DNA from: Dehalococcoidia bacterium
Lineage (GTDB): Bacteria; Chloroflexota; Dehalococcoidia; SM23-28-2; RBG-16-64-32
Length of the DNA: 64,000 nucleotides
Assembly (NCBI GenBank): GCA_963665775.2
Contig: CAXXTF010000001.1
Location: forward strand, 640,001 to 704,000
Reading direction: 5' to 3'
In this document: positions 1-10,760 of the stretch, piece after piece
Numbering within the stretch: the first letter of the stretch is position 1
How the letters are laid out: each line of letters opens with the position of its first letter
Translations under genes and position numbers: made by a program
Notes under the pieces: generated by a model
Told to the model about the DNA's origin: nothing
Databases searched by the model: none
Seen by the model: only the letters and a program-made list of their open reading frames with translations

Positions 1-786
1 CCCCCCGACGCATTCCGGCAGGCTTGTCGTGGGGGCGGCCACCAGGGCACCCGTGGGCGCGTAGGTCAACAGCTTAAGGGTCAGCAAGGACCGCTGCACC
101 ATCTCCCGCCAGCGGCCCCTGTAGCTGGACTTCGCCAGCCAGCGCCGCCAGAAGGCGATCGTCTGCTCGGAGAGCTGCCAGGCCGCCTCCTCGCTGAGGT
201 GGAGTTGCTCCTCGCCGGGCCGGAGGGGGCGCAGTACGAAGGCCACCTTCTCCCCCTCTTGCAACGTGAACTCGCACTCCACCGCCCCGTCGCGCACAAC
301 GTACGGTCGGGCCACCGTCAGCCCCAGGCGATCACCATCGTCCGATACGAAAACCACCCCGTCGTCGTAACGCTCCACCCGATGCGACGTGCGGGCGTAG
401 TTGAATGCCGGGAAGCATTCCATCCGCACGCGGGTTTCGCCGCGCAGGCACTGCACGTGACGGATGATGGCGTGCGGGTGGCCATCTTCCGCGGGCCCGT
501 CCGTCAGGACCGGCATGAAGTCCATAACGCGTACCACCCCGGCCGCCTCGGAGAAGCGCGTGATGAGAACGTTGGTCTCCGGGTAATAGAGCTGCCGGTG
601 GTTCACCTTCCCCACACCGGAAACCCTGAAGTGTCCGCCCTTCTCGATATCGAGGATAGCCCCGAACACGCTGGGCGAATCGAAGTGAGGCAGGCAACAC
701 CAGTCGATCGACCCGTCATTCCCCACCAACGCGGCCGTATGAAGGTCGCCGATAATCCCGTAATCGTCTATAGGTTTGTGGTCCAA
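1..786 (-). CDS. Glycoside hydrolase family 15 (trehalase/glucoamylase-like), 3' end runs off window
   Basis: Manual translation (not in ORF track): [48 protein letters not shown]...[24 protein letters not shown]; GAGGG RBS upstream. Confidence 0.9.
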   Translation of the reverse strand, partial: [262 protein letters not shown]

Positions 787-948
787 GATCGACAACCCTC
801 CAAGCGGACATCCACGGCAGGCCCCCTGGCCCCTACGTTATCTATGCCCTTCTATCATCCATCTACTGCAGCGTTAAGCACAACACGTCCCAGGGGGACC
901 GTACGGACGCCGGAGCCCGAGCCGTCCCTAGCGGCGGGCAGCTACCCC

Positions 949-1303
949 TCACAGGAGGGCGACCCGGCCGAGTAGGGCTGCGCGGTGTGGGGGATGCAGC
1001 AGATGAAACGGAAGACCTCGTCTCCGGTGTTGGTGCAGCAGTGCTCCTCGTTCGGCGCTACGACCCGACATCGTTGGGGGCCAGAGGCCGCTCGCCCTTA
1101 TCGCCGCGCGCCTTACCGCGCCCGGAGAGGATGAACAGCTCGTGCTCCGATTCGCGGGTGGGCAACGGCGTCGAGCTACCGACCGCCACCGCGAAGACAG
1201 GCATCGAGAACCGAGGCGCCTCCGCCGCGGAGATGACTGAGCGCAGGGCGACATCCGGAATGTCCGTGTCCGCCGGTACCTCCCGATAGTTGCGTACCTT
1301 CAC
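949..1303 (-). pseudogene. Cupin-domain protein, frameshifted near 1060
   Basis: EHELFILSGRG cupin motif 1; motif 2 (VAPNEEHCCTNTGDEVFRFICCIP) continues in another frame. Confidence 0.7.
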
Positions 1304-1348
1304 GGCTCACCTCCGCCTGCTGGCTAATCGAGGTCCGAGGCGGGCCCC

Positions 1349-2551
1349 CTAGTCTCTGGCCAGGACCACAGTAGCCCCGCTATGTATGGCGCCTATCCCT
1401 CCACCGGTGCCGTGGCACAGGGCTATCTTGCAATCCTTCACCTGGCTCTCCCCCTGGTTGCCCCACAGCTGGCGAGCGGCCTCGATCAGGAGGAACATCC
1501 CCCGCGCACCCGGGTGGTTAGAGGAGAGGCCGCCCCCGTCAGTGTTGAGGGGGAAGTCCCCATCGAACCGCATGTTCTTGCTGGCCACGAACGGCCCGCC
1601 CTCGCCAATCTTGCAGAACCCCAACCCCTCCAGGGTGGTCAGGACGGTGATCGTGTAGGAGTCGTAGAGCATGCAGAGGTCGATATCGTCGTGCGTAACC
1701 CCGGCGTCGGCGAAGGCCCGGGGGCCCGACTCGGCGGCTGCGATCCGCCCGTAGTCCCGATAGCCGGCGTCGCGGTGCCCGATGGCCATGGCGCCCCCCA
1801 GCAGCCAGACTGGCGGCTGCTTGCAGCCCCGCGCCACCTCCGGGCTGGCCACCACCACAGCGCCGGCGCCGTCGGTGACGACGCAGCAGTCCAGCAGGTG
1901 CAAGGGCGCGCAGATCAGCCGCGAGTCCACCACATCCTCCACCGTGATCGGGGTCTGGTACTTGGCCTGGGGGTTGAAGGAGGCGTTGTAGCGGGTATCC
2001 ACGGAGATCTCCGCCAGCTGCTCGCTGGTGGTGCCGTACTCGTACATGTGGCGCTGCGCAACCTGGGCGTAGCCGGCCACCCCCACCAGTCCATAGAGGG
2101 AGGAGAACGCCTCCGTCCAGGAGGGAGCCGGACGAGCTGCCGCCCTGATCGCCGAGGAACTACGAGGTCGCCTCGAGCCGCCGGTACCGCCGCCCCAACC
2201 CCGGCTGACGGAGAGCTGGGAGTAGGTGATGAGCCCCACGTTCATCAGGCCGGCGTTGATGAAGGACGCCGCCTCCAGCACAAACCGGAGGAACGTAGCG
2301 CCCCCTATGTTAGTGTCGCCGACGATCCTGGGGTGAATGTTCAGATAGTCGCAATAGGTAGCGGCGCTCATGTTCTCCACGGGGGCGGTGACCCCGAAGA
2401 AGCCGTCCACATCCTTCAGGGTGAGGCCCGCGCCCTCCAGCGCCTCCCTGGCGCATTCCGCCTCAATCCCCATCTCCGTGTAACCAGGAGCTACCCGCAA
2501 CGGGTGTTCATAAGCACCGACGATAGCTGCTTTCCTAGCGAGGGAACCCAT
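1349..2551 (-). CDS. Thiolase superfamily protein (SCP2/lipid-transfer type)
   Basis: AIVGAYE start, PLHLLDCCVVTDGAGAVVV, LYDSY, NTDGGGLSSNHPG motifs. Confidence 0.9.
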   Translation of the reverse strand: MGSLARKAAIVGAYEHPLRVAPGYTEMGIEAECAREALEGAGLTLKDVDGFFGVTAPVENMSAATYCDYLNIHPRIVGDTNIGGATFLRFVLEAASFINAGLMNVGLITYSQLSVSRGWGGGTGGSRRPRSSSAIRAAARPAPSWTEAFSSLYGLVGVAGYAQVAQRHMYEYGTTSEQLAEISVDTRYNASFNPQAKYQTPITVEDVVDSRLICAPLHLLDCCVVTDGAGAVVVASPEVARGCKQPPVWLLGGAMAIGHRDAGYRDYGRIAAAESGPRAFADAGVTHDDIDLCMLYDSYTITVLTTLEGLGFCKIGEGGPFVASKNMRFDGDFPLNTDGGGLSSNHPGARGMFLLIEAARQLWGNQGESQVKDCKIALCHGTGGGIGAIHSGATVVLARD

Positions 2552-2709
2552 TGAAGCCTCCTTACTTACTCCTAATGACTCGCGCTCTTAGCCTGGACGG
2601 GCGTCCAGCGTCTTTGTGGCGCGATTATACACCACTCGCAAGTCCCGGCTACAGCGCGGCCGGTTCGCCAGCCGGGAGAGCGGCCTCCGCTGATCGCCGA
2701 CCTGACCGA

Positions 2710-2752
2710 CGCCCGTCCCCCAAGATCGCTTGCCCCATGTGTAGGACGGGCG
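2710..2752 (-). terminator. GC-rich hairpin downstream of tRNA-Gly
   Basis: CGCCCGTCC ... GGACGGGCG inverted repeat just 3' of the tRNA CCA; no clear U-tract. Confidence 0.35.
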
Positions 2753-2765
2753 CCTAATTGTCAAA

Positions 2766-2840
2766 TGGAGCGGGCGGTGGGGATCGAACCCACGACAGCC
2801 TGCTTGGAAGGCAGGCGCTCTACCACTGAGCTACGCCCGC
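2766..2840 (-). tRNA. tRNA-Gly (anticodon TCC)
   Basis: GCGGGCG-TA-GCTC-AGTGGTA-GAGC-G-CCTGC-CTTCCAA-GCAGG-CTGTC-GTGGG-TTCGATC-CCCAC-CGCCCGC-T-CCA folds into a full cloverleaf. Confidence 0.97.
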
Positions 2841-3087
2841 TCAGACTCGTATCCAGTTAGAGCGTCTAACTGGCGAAGGCTTGATGTACAGCGTGTCTGC
2901 AGCGCATAAGTGAACCACTACAGCACAATCATGCGAAGGAGCCAGAACCATGCGCCAAGCCGCCGCGCCCATTACAGCAGTGGGCGACATCGCTGTCAAC
3001 ATCGAATCCTTTGCCCGCCCTCTTACGGCCTCGATAACCTGCTCCGGCTTCGTCCGATCCGCCCTGATGCGCTCCACCTCCTGGGGT

Positions 3088-3177
3088 GACGGCCAACTGG
3101 AACTCCGTTTCCGATGCCGCGCCGCGCCGGTAATACGGGGATTCACCCACACCCACGATAGCAGTTGTACCTCTCAT
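3088..3177 (-). pseudogene. N-terminal fragment of a thiolase-like gene
   Basis: MRGTTAIVGVGESPYYRRGAASETEFQLA resembles the start of 46201..47382 (VVGIGETEF...SEFQLA); GGAGGG RBS; similarity is lost after ~30 aa. Confidence 0.65.
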
Positions 3178-3373
3178 CTCTCTCCCTCCGCTGGCTTATC
3201 CCGCGGCGAGCGGTCTTCCTACGTCCTCGCAACACCGGCGATTGGGAAGGTATTATACGGCGGACTCTGATGCGACCGAAGCGCCGCGCAGTCGGGTTCG
3301 CCTATGCTCCTCCGCCAGCTCTTGATGGGGGAATTCGCCCTGTGCCCCACGATTTTCAGGGGCGGCCCACACG

Positions 3374-4996
3374 CTAGTCGAAGAGTTCGGCGGCCCGCTC
3401 TCCCGTCATGACTGCGGTCGCGTTGGTGCAGCGCCGCACGGCCTCCGGCCAGATGGACGTATCGACGACTCGCAGATTCCGGATCCCTTTGACCCGGCAG
3501 TATTGGTCCACGACAGCCGTCTCGTCACGGTCCGGACCCATCCTGCAGGTGCCGGCCATGTGGAAATAGGTGAACACATGCTGCTGGAGGTGCTGGTCCA
3601 GAGCGGCGTCTGAAGCGAGCTCTTCGTCCGTGGGAGAAAGCCGCTCCACGCCCAGCCTCTGGAAGGGCTGGCTCTCCACTAGCGAGACCATCAGACGGGC
3701 GCCGTAACGCAACCGCTGGAGGTCGAAGGGGTCTTCCAGGTAGTGGGACTCGATGCGTGGTTTATCGTATGGATCAGCGGAGGTTAGGGTTATTTCACCC
3801 CGGCTGTTGTTCTTCATGAGAGCGACCGCGAGCCCCATCCCCTGACCGAACCGCGCCTCTTCCAGGACTCGCTTGATCGACATCGTGCGCATCATCTTGA
3901 GCCCCATCATCGCCTTGCCGAGGAGCGACCTCTTGTACAGAAGCTGGACGTTGTGGGGGATGCTCGTGGCCAGGCTGAACAGGTCGCTGTGGAAGGGAGA
4001 GCCCTCGGCGGTGTAGTGCATGCCCACGTGCACGCCGGAATGCTGTGTGGGGTCGACCTTGATCTGTTTCCTGAGGCGGTACTGGATCGTCGTGCCCTGG
4101 ACGTGGTCGGTGAACCTCTTCCCTACATACGGAATGTCACAGATGACCGGAATCTCGAACCGCTTGAGCTCCGCTGCCGGCCCGACTCCGGACAACATGA
4201 GGAGGTGCGCCGACTTGATCGCACCGCTGGAAAGGACGATCTCGTCACCCTGAATGACCGTCCTTTCACCGTTGTAGTCCACCTCCACGCCCATCGCTTC
4301 ACGCCCTGAGAAGGTTACCCGCCGCGCGTAGCATTCACCCCGCACCGTGAGGTTTGGGCGCTCGCCAGAGATCGGCTCCAGGTAGCGGTGGGCCGTGTTC
4401 ATCCTGATTCCACGGACATTGTTCACCGCCAGGGCGCCGACGCCGTAGGACTTGGGGGAATTCATGTCCGGATCAGCGGGGAACCCGGCCTCCTGGCAGG
4501 CCTCGAGAAAAGCGTGGTCGGTGGGAACGAACTCGTCGGGCTTGTGCCGCCGGACCTGGATGGGGCCATCCATCCCGTGCCATTCGGTCCCATGGTCCAG
4601 GTCAGTCTCGAGTTTCTTGAAGAAAGGGAGGACTTTGTCGAAGGCCCACTGGTCGTTGCCGCTTTCAGCCCATTCGTTGAAGTCCTCGGGAAGACCCCTT
4701 TCGAAGATCGTGCCGTTTACAGCGCTGCCACCACCGACCACTTTGCCCCGAGGGACGATCTGTCTCGCGCCTTGCGTCGTGAGTTCTCCCTCAAATGCCC
4801 AGTTATTCGGATGGCCGGGGTCCATCGCCCCCTGTAGACCGCCATGTCGTAGCTCCAGGGGGTACTCGTCCAGGGTTCTGAAGTGGGGCCCGGCATCCAA
4901 TAGAAGGACCTTGCGGTCTGGATTCTCAGACAGGCGGGCAGCCAGTGGGACGCCTGCGGATCCGGCACCGACGATGATGACGTCGTAACGTTCCAT
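3374..4996 (-). CDS. GMC family FAD oxidoreductase (choline dehydrogenase/MftG-like)
   Basis: GAGSAG FAD motif, RGKVVGGGSAVNG, FHMAGTCRMG, NLRVVDTS. Confidence 0.92.
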   Translation of the reverse strand: MERYDVIIVGAGSAGVPLAARLSENPDRKVLLLDAGPHFRTLDEYPLELRHGGLQGAMDPGHPNNWAFEGELTTQGARQIVPRGKVVGGGSAVNGTIFERGLPEDFNEWAESGNDQWAFDKVLPFFKKLETDLDHGTEWHGMDGPIQVRRHKPDEFVPTDHAFLEACQEAGFPADPDMNSPKSYGVGALAVNNVRGIRMNTAHRYLEPISGERPNLTVRGECYARRVTFSGREAMGVEVDYNGERTVIQGDEIVLSSGAIKSAHLLMLSGVGPAAELKRFEIPVICDIPYVGKRFTDHVQGTTIQYRLRKQIKVDPTQHSGVHVGMHYTAEGSPFHSDLFSLATSIPHNVQLLYKRSLLGKAMMGLKMMRTMSIKRVLEEARFGQGMGLAVALMKNNSRGEITLTSADPYDKPRIESHYLEDPFDLQRLRYGARLMVSLVESQPFQRLGVERLSPTDEELASDAALDQHLQQHVFTYFHMAGTCRMGPDRDETAVVDQYCRVKGIRNLRVVDTSIWPEAVRRCTNATAVMTGERAAELFD

Positions 4997-5047
4997 TCCT
5001 TTGCTCCTCTACCGCCTGCCGCTGCGACGGTCGTCGGTTGCCAATAC

Positions 5048-5548
5048 CTACAAGGTCCATTCCCCGGTCCGGACCCAATGGAGCAGCGGCTCGCGAAGAG
5101 CTTCTGATACCAGCTCTACGCACACGCCGTGGGCCCCGGACGGGTCCAGGTAGGCGATCTGGCTCCCTCCCGACTCCGCCGGCACCCCCAGTTGCTCGGC
5201 CCGTTTCAGAAGCTCCGGGATGTTGTCCACGAAGTAGCCGAGGTGGAAGACCCCTTCCCCGTGCTCTCGCAGGTGCTTCGCCAGGCTCGACTGCGCTGTC
5301 CCCGTAGGCTGTAGGAACTCCAGTAGGGGCAAGTCCGTAACGGAATAGGCAAACTTCATCCCCGGAGATGGTGCCGGCTCGCCGTGCCAGTGCCAGGTCG
5401 ATGCTTGCTCAGTGGTCTCCCGGAGCCGCCAGTCCCGAATGCCGAACGCCTTGCCGTACCGCTCCATCGCCTTCTCTATGTCATAAACTGCGATACCGAT
5501 GTGGTATGGAGCACCGAGTCCGAGATCAAGAACAGGTTCACCACTCAT
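5048..5548 (-). CDS. VOC/glyoxalase family protein (methylmalonyl-CoA epimerase-like)
   Basis: YHIGIAV...LEFLQP...GEGVFHLGY...VELV metal-ligand pattern. Confidence 0.85.
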   Translation of the reverse strand: MSGEPVLDLGLGAPYHIGIAVYDIEKAMERYGKAFGIRDWRLRETTEQASTWHWHGEPAPSPGMKFAYSVTDLPLLEFLQPTGTAQSSLAKHLREHGEGVFHLGYFVDNIPELLKRAEQLGVPAESGGSQIAYLDPSGAHGVCVELVSEALREPLLHWVRTGEWTL

Positions 5549-5686
5549 TGTTCCGTTGCTCCTTCCTCAGTACTTTAGCGGTGGCTCCCTGATTATTTCC
5601 TGGCGTGCTTCATCAATCTTGCCTGAATGATAGCCGCCGTTTGGTTCGGATCGATTTTCGATTCCCCATCATAACACCACGCGGAA

Positions 5687-5881
5687 TCAAGTAAACGAGT
5701 CAACCTTGCTCATGGTCCAGATGGGACGCACGATATAGCTGGGGAGCAAAGCTGCCTTGAGCCCCAGTACCATGACCGCGTACTCCAGCTCCTCTATCGC
5801 TTCCTGCGGTGTGTTCGCGGGGATGGTTGCCGCCGCCGTCATGCGGTCGCCGTACTCGCCGTAGAGCTCCGTCGCAACCAC
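5687..5881 (-). pseudogene. Internal fragment of amidohydrolase_2 gene
   Basis: YGDRMTAAATIPANTPQEAIEELEYAVMVLGLKA is a typical internal segment; both ends missing. Confidence 0.6.
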
Positions 5882-5904
5882 TACCCGGAAAGAGAGAGAT
5901 TAAA

Positions 5905-6308
5905 ATGCAGGAACAAATCCCCAGGCCGCTGCCTCAACCCAATCTCGATACACAGCCCTATTGGGACGCAGCCAAGCAAGGCAAGCTGGTCGTTCAGTAC
6001 TGTCCCCAGACCGGTCAGTATCAGCATCCGCCGAAGCCGTCAATGGTGGGATGCAGATTTGACTTCGAGTGGCAGGAGGTGAAGGGCACCGGCAAGATCT
6101 ACTCCTTCACTATCGTAGGTCCTCCGGCGCATCCGGCCTTCGAGCCGCCGTACGCGGTCATTTTAGTTGAAATCGATGACGCGCCCGGGGTACGCATAGT
6201 CGCAAACATCAAGGGCGTCGAGCCGGAGAAGCTGGAGATCGGGATGCCGGTCAAGGTCCAGTTCGAGACCGTGGAGGACGTACCTTGCCCTATTTCGTCC
6301 CGGCGTAG
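5905..6308 (+). CDS. DUF35 Zn-ribbon/OB-fold protein; 1-nt frameshift near C-terminus
   Basis: PYWDAAKQGKLVVQYC...GKIYSFT...IGMPVKVQFE; expected ending TLPYFVPA* lies in a shifted frame (TAG 6306-6308). Confidence 0.8.
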
Positions 6309-6597
6309 AGAAGCGAGTCCGATACAAGTGAGGAGCGTGCCGCTCGGGCGTGGATCGGTCGGAGGCTGAGCAAGGGCTATGCGCTGGAGAAGATCGCCTG
6401 CGAGGTGCTGAAGATAGATGCGCTCGGGCTTGACTTTGCTGTAGCCATAAATGGATGATGTAAGGCCGTTGAGCACGGGGGGATATCGCCTAGGACGCCC
6501 AAGAAGCGGTGTCGGATATCCTCATTGATAGCGGGGCCTGGCATGCTGCTTGCACGATGATATGGTATCCAGGGTTGATTCGGAAGGGAGTATAGAT

Positions 6598-7125
6598 ATG
6601 CCGATCTACGAGTTCGAGGGTAAGAGACCAAGGATAGGAGCCAGCTCCTATGTTCACCCAACGGCAGTGATCATCGGGGACGTCGTCATCGGGGAACGCT
6701 GTTGGATCGGGCCTAACGTCACCTTGAGGGCGGATGTTAGCGAGATTCGGGTGGCGGACGGCTCCAACATCCAGGACAACTGCGTTTTTCATGGCAGAAC
6801 TACGCTAGGCCCTTACTCGCATATTGGGCATGCGGCGACGATTCATGGTGCTACCCTGGGCGAGCATGTCCTCGTGGCCATCAACGCTACGGTCCTGGAT
6901 GGGGCACGTATCGGCGACTGGTGCACCATCGCCGCCGGGGCTGTGGTGCCCCCGCGGGCTGTGGTGCCGCCTCGCAAGATGGTCATGGGTGTGCCAGGAG
7001 CTGTCGTCGGTGATGCGCCGACGGACCGCGAAGATCGGTTTGACGAAGCTTCCGGTTACCTGGCACTGGTTGGAAGGTATAAAGAGGGGCTACGAGAAGT
7101 CGGGATCGAAGAAGTAAAGGGCTAG
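6598..7125 (+). CDS. Gamma-carbonic anhydrase/hexapeptide-repeat family protein
   Basis: IIGDVVIG...LRAD...SNIQDNCVFH...IGHAATIHG. Confidence 0.9.
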   Translation: MPIYEFEGKRPRIGASSYVHPTAVIIGDVVIGERCWIGPNVTLRADVSEIRVADGSNIQDNCVFHGRTTLGPYSHIGHAATIHGATLGEHVLVAINATVLDGARIGDWCTIAAGAVVPPRAVVPPRKMVMGVPGAVVGDAPTDREDRFDEASGYLALVGRYKEGLREVGIEEVKG

Positions 7126-7218
7126 CCTAGTCCGGGCGGCGCTATTAGAGGCGAACTTTCCGAACCGGCGGCAGGGCTGCCCCAAGTTCTAGTTGGGAGT
7201 GAACCGGTGGCCAGAACG

Positions 7219-7386
7219 ATGTCCACAGAAGAGATCACCCGCGCTGTGGGAGAAGCCATGGAAGAAACCATGAGGATGGAGGATTATCCGGAGCGTCTCT
7301 TGCCCTACACGCCGGCTGAGCTGAAATTCTTGAGGGAGTTCGTCGGCAGAGCCATAATCCGAGTGTTGGAGCAAGTTGAGGCGTAG
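7219..7386 (+). CDS. Small hypothetical protein (55 aa)
   Basis: MSTEEITRAVGEAMEETMRMEDYPERLLPYTPAELKFLREFVGRAIIRVLEQVEA; helical protein-like composition, co-oriented with neighbours. Confidence 0.5.
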   Translation: MSTEEITRAVGEAMEETMRMEDYPERLLPYTPAELKFLREFVGRAIIRVLEQVEA

Positions 7387-7491
7387 GCCTAACGGCCGCT
7401 TCGCGTTCCGCTGCTGGCGGGCGATCTCGCCCACGGCACGGAGTATGCGTTTCCCAGGGCCGAGCGACGTACCAATCTTGAGGAGGCTGCC

Positions 7492-7944
7492 ATGTCCTAT
7501 ACTGACCGATCTGAAATAGTGCGCAGAATGAGTGAAGCCAGAGACAGTATGGCCAAGGAGCTAACTGATATCTCTGCTGAGGAGGCGAACAGGGGCTCGT
7601 CCTGGGCCGTGGTCGATCTTCTACGGCACTTGCGCGGTCGGCCCTACTACATCAACCTGGCCGAGCGGGTTATCAAGGGAGAGACAGTGTCTCCGCCCCG
7701 CAGGCCATCGCCGGGGGAGATGTGGCAGCGGACCGTTGAACAGACCCTGAAGGATATGGACGAGTGCATAGGCTGGGTTGAGGCGCTGCAGGACGAGGAC
7801 CTGGAAAAAGGCTTTGGAGAAGGTGCTGAGGGGCGCACAGTCAAATCCCTACTAGAGACGGCGGCCACCCACTACGAGGAGCACCTCGAACAGCTCCGCC
7901 GTGATATCAAGCCTGCCGTCAGGTCTGGAGTGAAGTCCACCTGA
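7492..7944 (+). CDS. DinB/DUF664-like four-helix protein
   Basis: SWAVVDLLRHL and HYEEHLEQL motifs; GAGGAGG RBS. Confidence 0.75.
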   Translation: MSYTDRSEIVRRMSEARDSMAKELTDISAEEANRGSSWAVVDLLRHLRGRPYYINLAERVIKGETVSPPRRPSPGEMWQRTVEQTLKDMDECIGWVEALQDEDLEKGFGEGAEGRTVKSLLETAATHYEEHLEQLRRDIKPAVRSGVKST

Positions 7945-8108
7945 CTCCAGGCTGCTTGCCCCGGCCCTCGCGGGAGGCCGGTGCGACATGGGGTCACGGG
8001 ATACAGGCCCCCTGGGGCACAGCACACTTAGGGGTCACCAGGCTGATATTGGGGTTCCGGGCTAACATTGAGCGCGGACCGCCCGGTGTTTAAAGAAGGA
8101 GGCTATTA

Positions 8109-10346
8109 GTGCCCGCGAGACCATTTTCGACGGAGTCAGTCGTTCGCGCTGCCGCTGGGCGCCCCTGGACCACCATCGGGATCTGGATATCGCTATTTCT
8201 GGTCGCAGCAGTCCTGATTTAGACTCTTCTGGACGGCGTCCAGACGTCCGAGTTCGCCTTCACCAACAATCCGGACTCCAAGAAAGCCGACGATCTCCTG
8301 GAGGATAGGTTGCGCGGCCCTAAGGGTACGAACGAGATAGTCATCATAGGATCGGACACGCTCACGGTAGATGCCCCGGCCTTTCAACAGGCCGTGGAAG
8401 GCCTCACCGCGGAGCTGGCCGCCCTGGTCCCCGAGATCATCAGAGAGGGCTCCCTGACCAACTTCTACGAGAGCCAGTCCGAGACTCTGGTGTCTGCCGA
8501 CCGCCAGACCACCCTCATTCCCCTCACAATGGCGGGAGACTTCGACGATGCGGCGGACAACATCGACCGCGTCGTAACTGTTGTCAACAACGCGAAGGGC
8601 GAAAGCGGTTTCCAGATCTTGATCACGGGCCAAGCCTCGGTCGGCAGGGACTTTCAAGAGGTGTCGGAGGAGGACCTCTTGAATGGCGAGATGTTTGGCG
8701 TACCGATCGCCCTCGTCATACTGCTCCTGGTCCTTGGCGCCCTGGTGGCATCCCTAATCCCCATCGTGCAGGCCGCCGTCTCCATCGCGGTCGCCATGGG
8801 GGCGGCCTCCCTGGTCGGACAGGCCTTTGAGCTCTCCTTCTTCGTCACAAACATGATCACCATGATCGGCCTGGCCGTTGGCATCGACTACTCCCTCTTC
8901 ATCATCGCTCGATACCGGGAGGAGCGCCGTAACGGACTGGAGAAGTCCGAGGCCATCGGGCGGGCCGGGGCGACGGCCTCGCGGACCGTCCTGTTCAGCG
9001 GCTTAACAGTGGTGCTAGCGCTCTTCGGAATGCTTCTGATCCCCTCTGCCGTCTTCATCAGTGTCGGCTTGGGCGCTATCCTCGTCGTGATCGCCTCCGT
9101 GCTGGCATCGCTCACGCTTCTCCCAGCCATTCTCAGCCTCCTGGGAGACCGCATAAATTCGCTTTCGATCCCGCTGATCGGCAGGGCCCAGGCGAGCTTC
9201 GACGAGACCCGCCGCGGCGGCATCTGGGACCGGATCTCGCAGACCGTCATGGGGCACGCCGTGCTGAGCTTGGTACTGGCCGGCGGACTTCTTTTGGGCC
9301 TTTCCGTCGCCCTGCTCGATATCAACACAGGCGCGGCCGGCGTCTCCTCCTTCCCAGACGGCATAGAGTCTAAGCAGGGGTTCCTCATCCTTGACGAGGA
9401 GTTCTCCGCGGGGGAGGTCACTCCGGCGGAGATCGTGATCGACGGCGACATCGATTCCCCGGCCGTGCAGTCCGGAATCGACGACCTTAGGGCGGCTCTC
9501 GAGGCCGACGGCGCCTTCGCCGAGCCCCGTCCGCTCGAGGTGAACAGCGCTGGCGACCTGGCCCTCCTCTCCGTACCGGTGACCGGCGACGCGACGAGCA
9601 CGGAGGCTCAGGACGCCGTCAAGCGCCTGCGAGAGGAGTACGTCCCCGCCGCCTTTGCTGGCCTGCCGGCCACCGTGCTTGTCAGCGGTGACACTGCCGT
9701 GAACCTGGACTTTTTCACGATGGCCAGTGAATCGGTGCCCATAGTCTTCTCATTCGTCCTGAGCATCAGCTTCATCCTATTGATGGTAGTCTTCCGCTCC
9801 ATCATCGTGCCTATCAAGGCGATCATCCTGAATCTGCTGTCGGTCGGCGCAACCTATGGGCTCCTCGTCCTTGTGTTCCAGAAGGGAGTGCTAAACGAGG
9901 TCTTCGGATACCAGCGGACGGAGGTTATCGAAGCCTGGATCCCGCTCTTCCTGTTCTCGGTCCTGTTCGGTCTCTCCATGGACTACCACGTGTTCCTGCT
10001 GAGCCGCATCCGTGAGCGATTCGATCAGACCCAGGACAATGCGGAATCGGTGTCCTTCGGCATCCGGTCCACGGGGCGCCTGATAACCGGCGCGGCCCTC
10101 ATCATGGTCTCCGTGTTCATGGCATTCTCCAGCGGCCAGCTCGTCAGCCTGCAGCAGATGGGATTCGGCTTGGGGGTAGCCGTGCTCCTTGACGCCACTA
10201 TCGTCCGAATAGTCCTGGTCCCGGCCAGCATGAAGCTCCTGGGAAACTGGAACTGGTACCTCTCGCCCGCACTTAGCTGGCTGCCGGACCTGCGCGTGGA
10301 GCCCAGTGAGATGGCCGCCGTCCCTGTCCGGAGTGATGATGACTGA
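8109..10346 (+). pseudogene. MMPL (RND superfamily) transporter with in-frame TAG at 8220-8222
   Basis: GAAGGAGG RBS + GTG 8109; GLAVGIDYSLF and LFGLSMDYHVFLLSRIRE motifs; single amber just after TM1. Confidence 0.85.
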
Positions 10347-10374
10347 CCTACCACTGAGCGAATAGCGGGCGGAT

Positions 10375-10399
10375 GCGGATGGGGTATTGGCGCCCTACA
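10375..10399 (+). mobile_element. Orphan right end of IS3/IS481-like element
   Basis: GCGGATGGGGTATTGGCGCCCTACA, matches five other copies in the window; preceded by degenerate transposase tail (TYH.A.*). Confidence 0.55.
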
Positions 10400-10442
10400 C
10401 CTATCAGGGCGATGCTCTATAATTGATGAGGGGGGAGTCTAG

Positions 10443-10760
10443 ATGCCACCAAACATCACGCACTTCAAGATGAAGGCCAAGCCCGGAGAGCGCCAGGCGG
10501 TCATCGACCTGTTCGATCGCTGGTTCCAGGATCGGCGGCCGAAGGCACGCGGCTTTGTCCGTGCCGACCTCAGTTCAAACATCGACGACCCTGACGAATT
10601 CATGGCCACCGCCTGTTTCGCCGATAAGAGAACGCACGACCTTAACTCGAACGACCCGGAACAGGATGCCTGGTACGCGGAGCTCCGGTCGCACCTCGTC
10701 GCCGACCCAGAGTGGTTCAACGGAACGCTGGAGCGACAGAGGATGGGCTTGAGGGGCTAA
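10443..10760 (+). CDS. ABM-type dimeric alpha/beta barrel protein
   Basis: MKAKPG start, DDPDEFM motif, length ~100 aa; TATAAT and GGGGGAG upstream. Confidence 0.7.
   Translation: MPPNITHFKMKAKPGERQAVIDLFDRWFQDRRPKARGFVRADLSSNIDDPDEFMATACFADKRTHDLNSNDPEQDAWYAELRSHLVADPEWFNGTLERQRMGLRG

Noticed and set aside
199-975. 258-aa plus-strand ORF and other long antisense ORFs (1382..2554, 26282..27451, 36542..37756, 37790..39043, 61465..62634)
   Set aside because: Shadow frames of recognisable opposite-strand genes in high-GC DNA
2766-2840. tRNA-Gly as attachment site of an island
   Set aside because: No duplicate of the tRNA 3' end and no integrase found in the window
3374-4996. Mycofactocin cluster suggested by MftG-like GMC
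   Set aside because: No mftA-F genes in the window; GMC motifs alone are not diagnostic
1-10000. Apparent excess of CTAG
   Set aside because: A rough by-eye count (about a dozen in the first 10 kb) is below random expectation, so no enrichment can be claimed without computation
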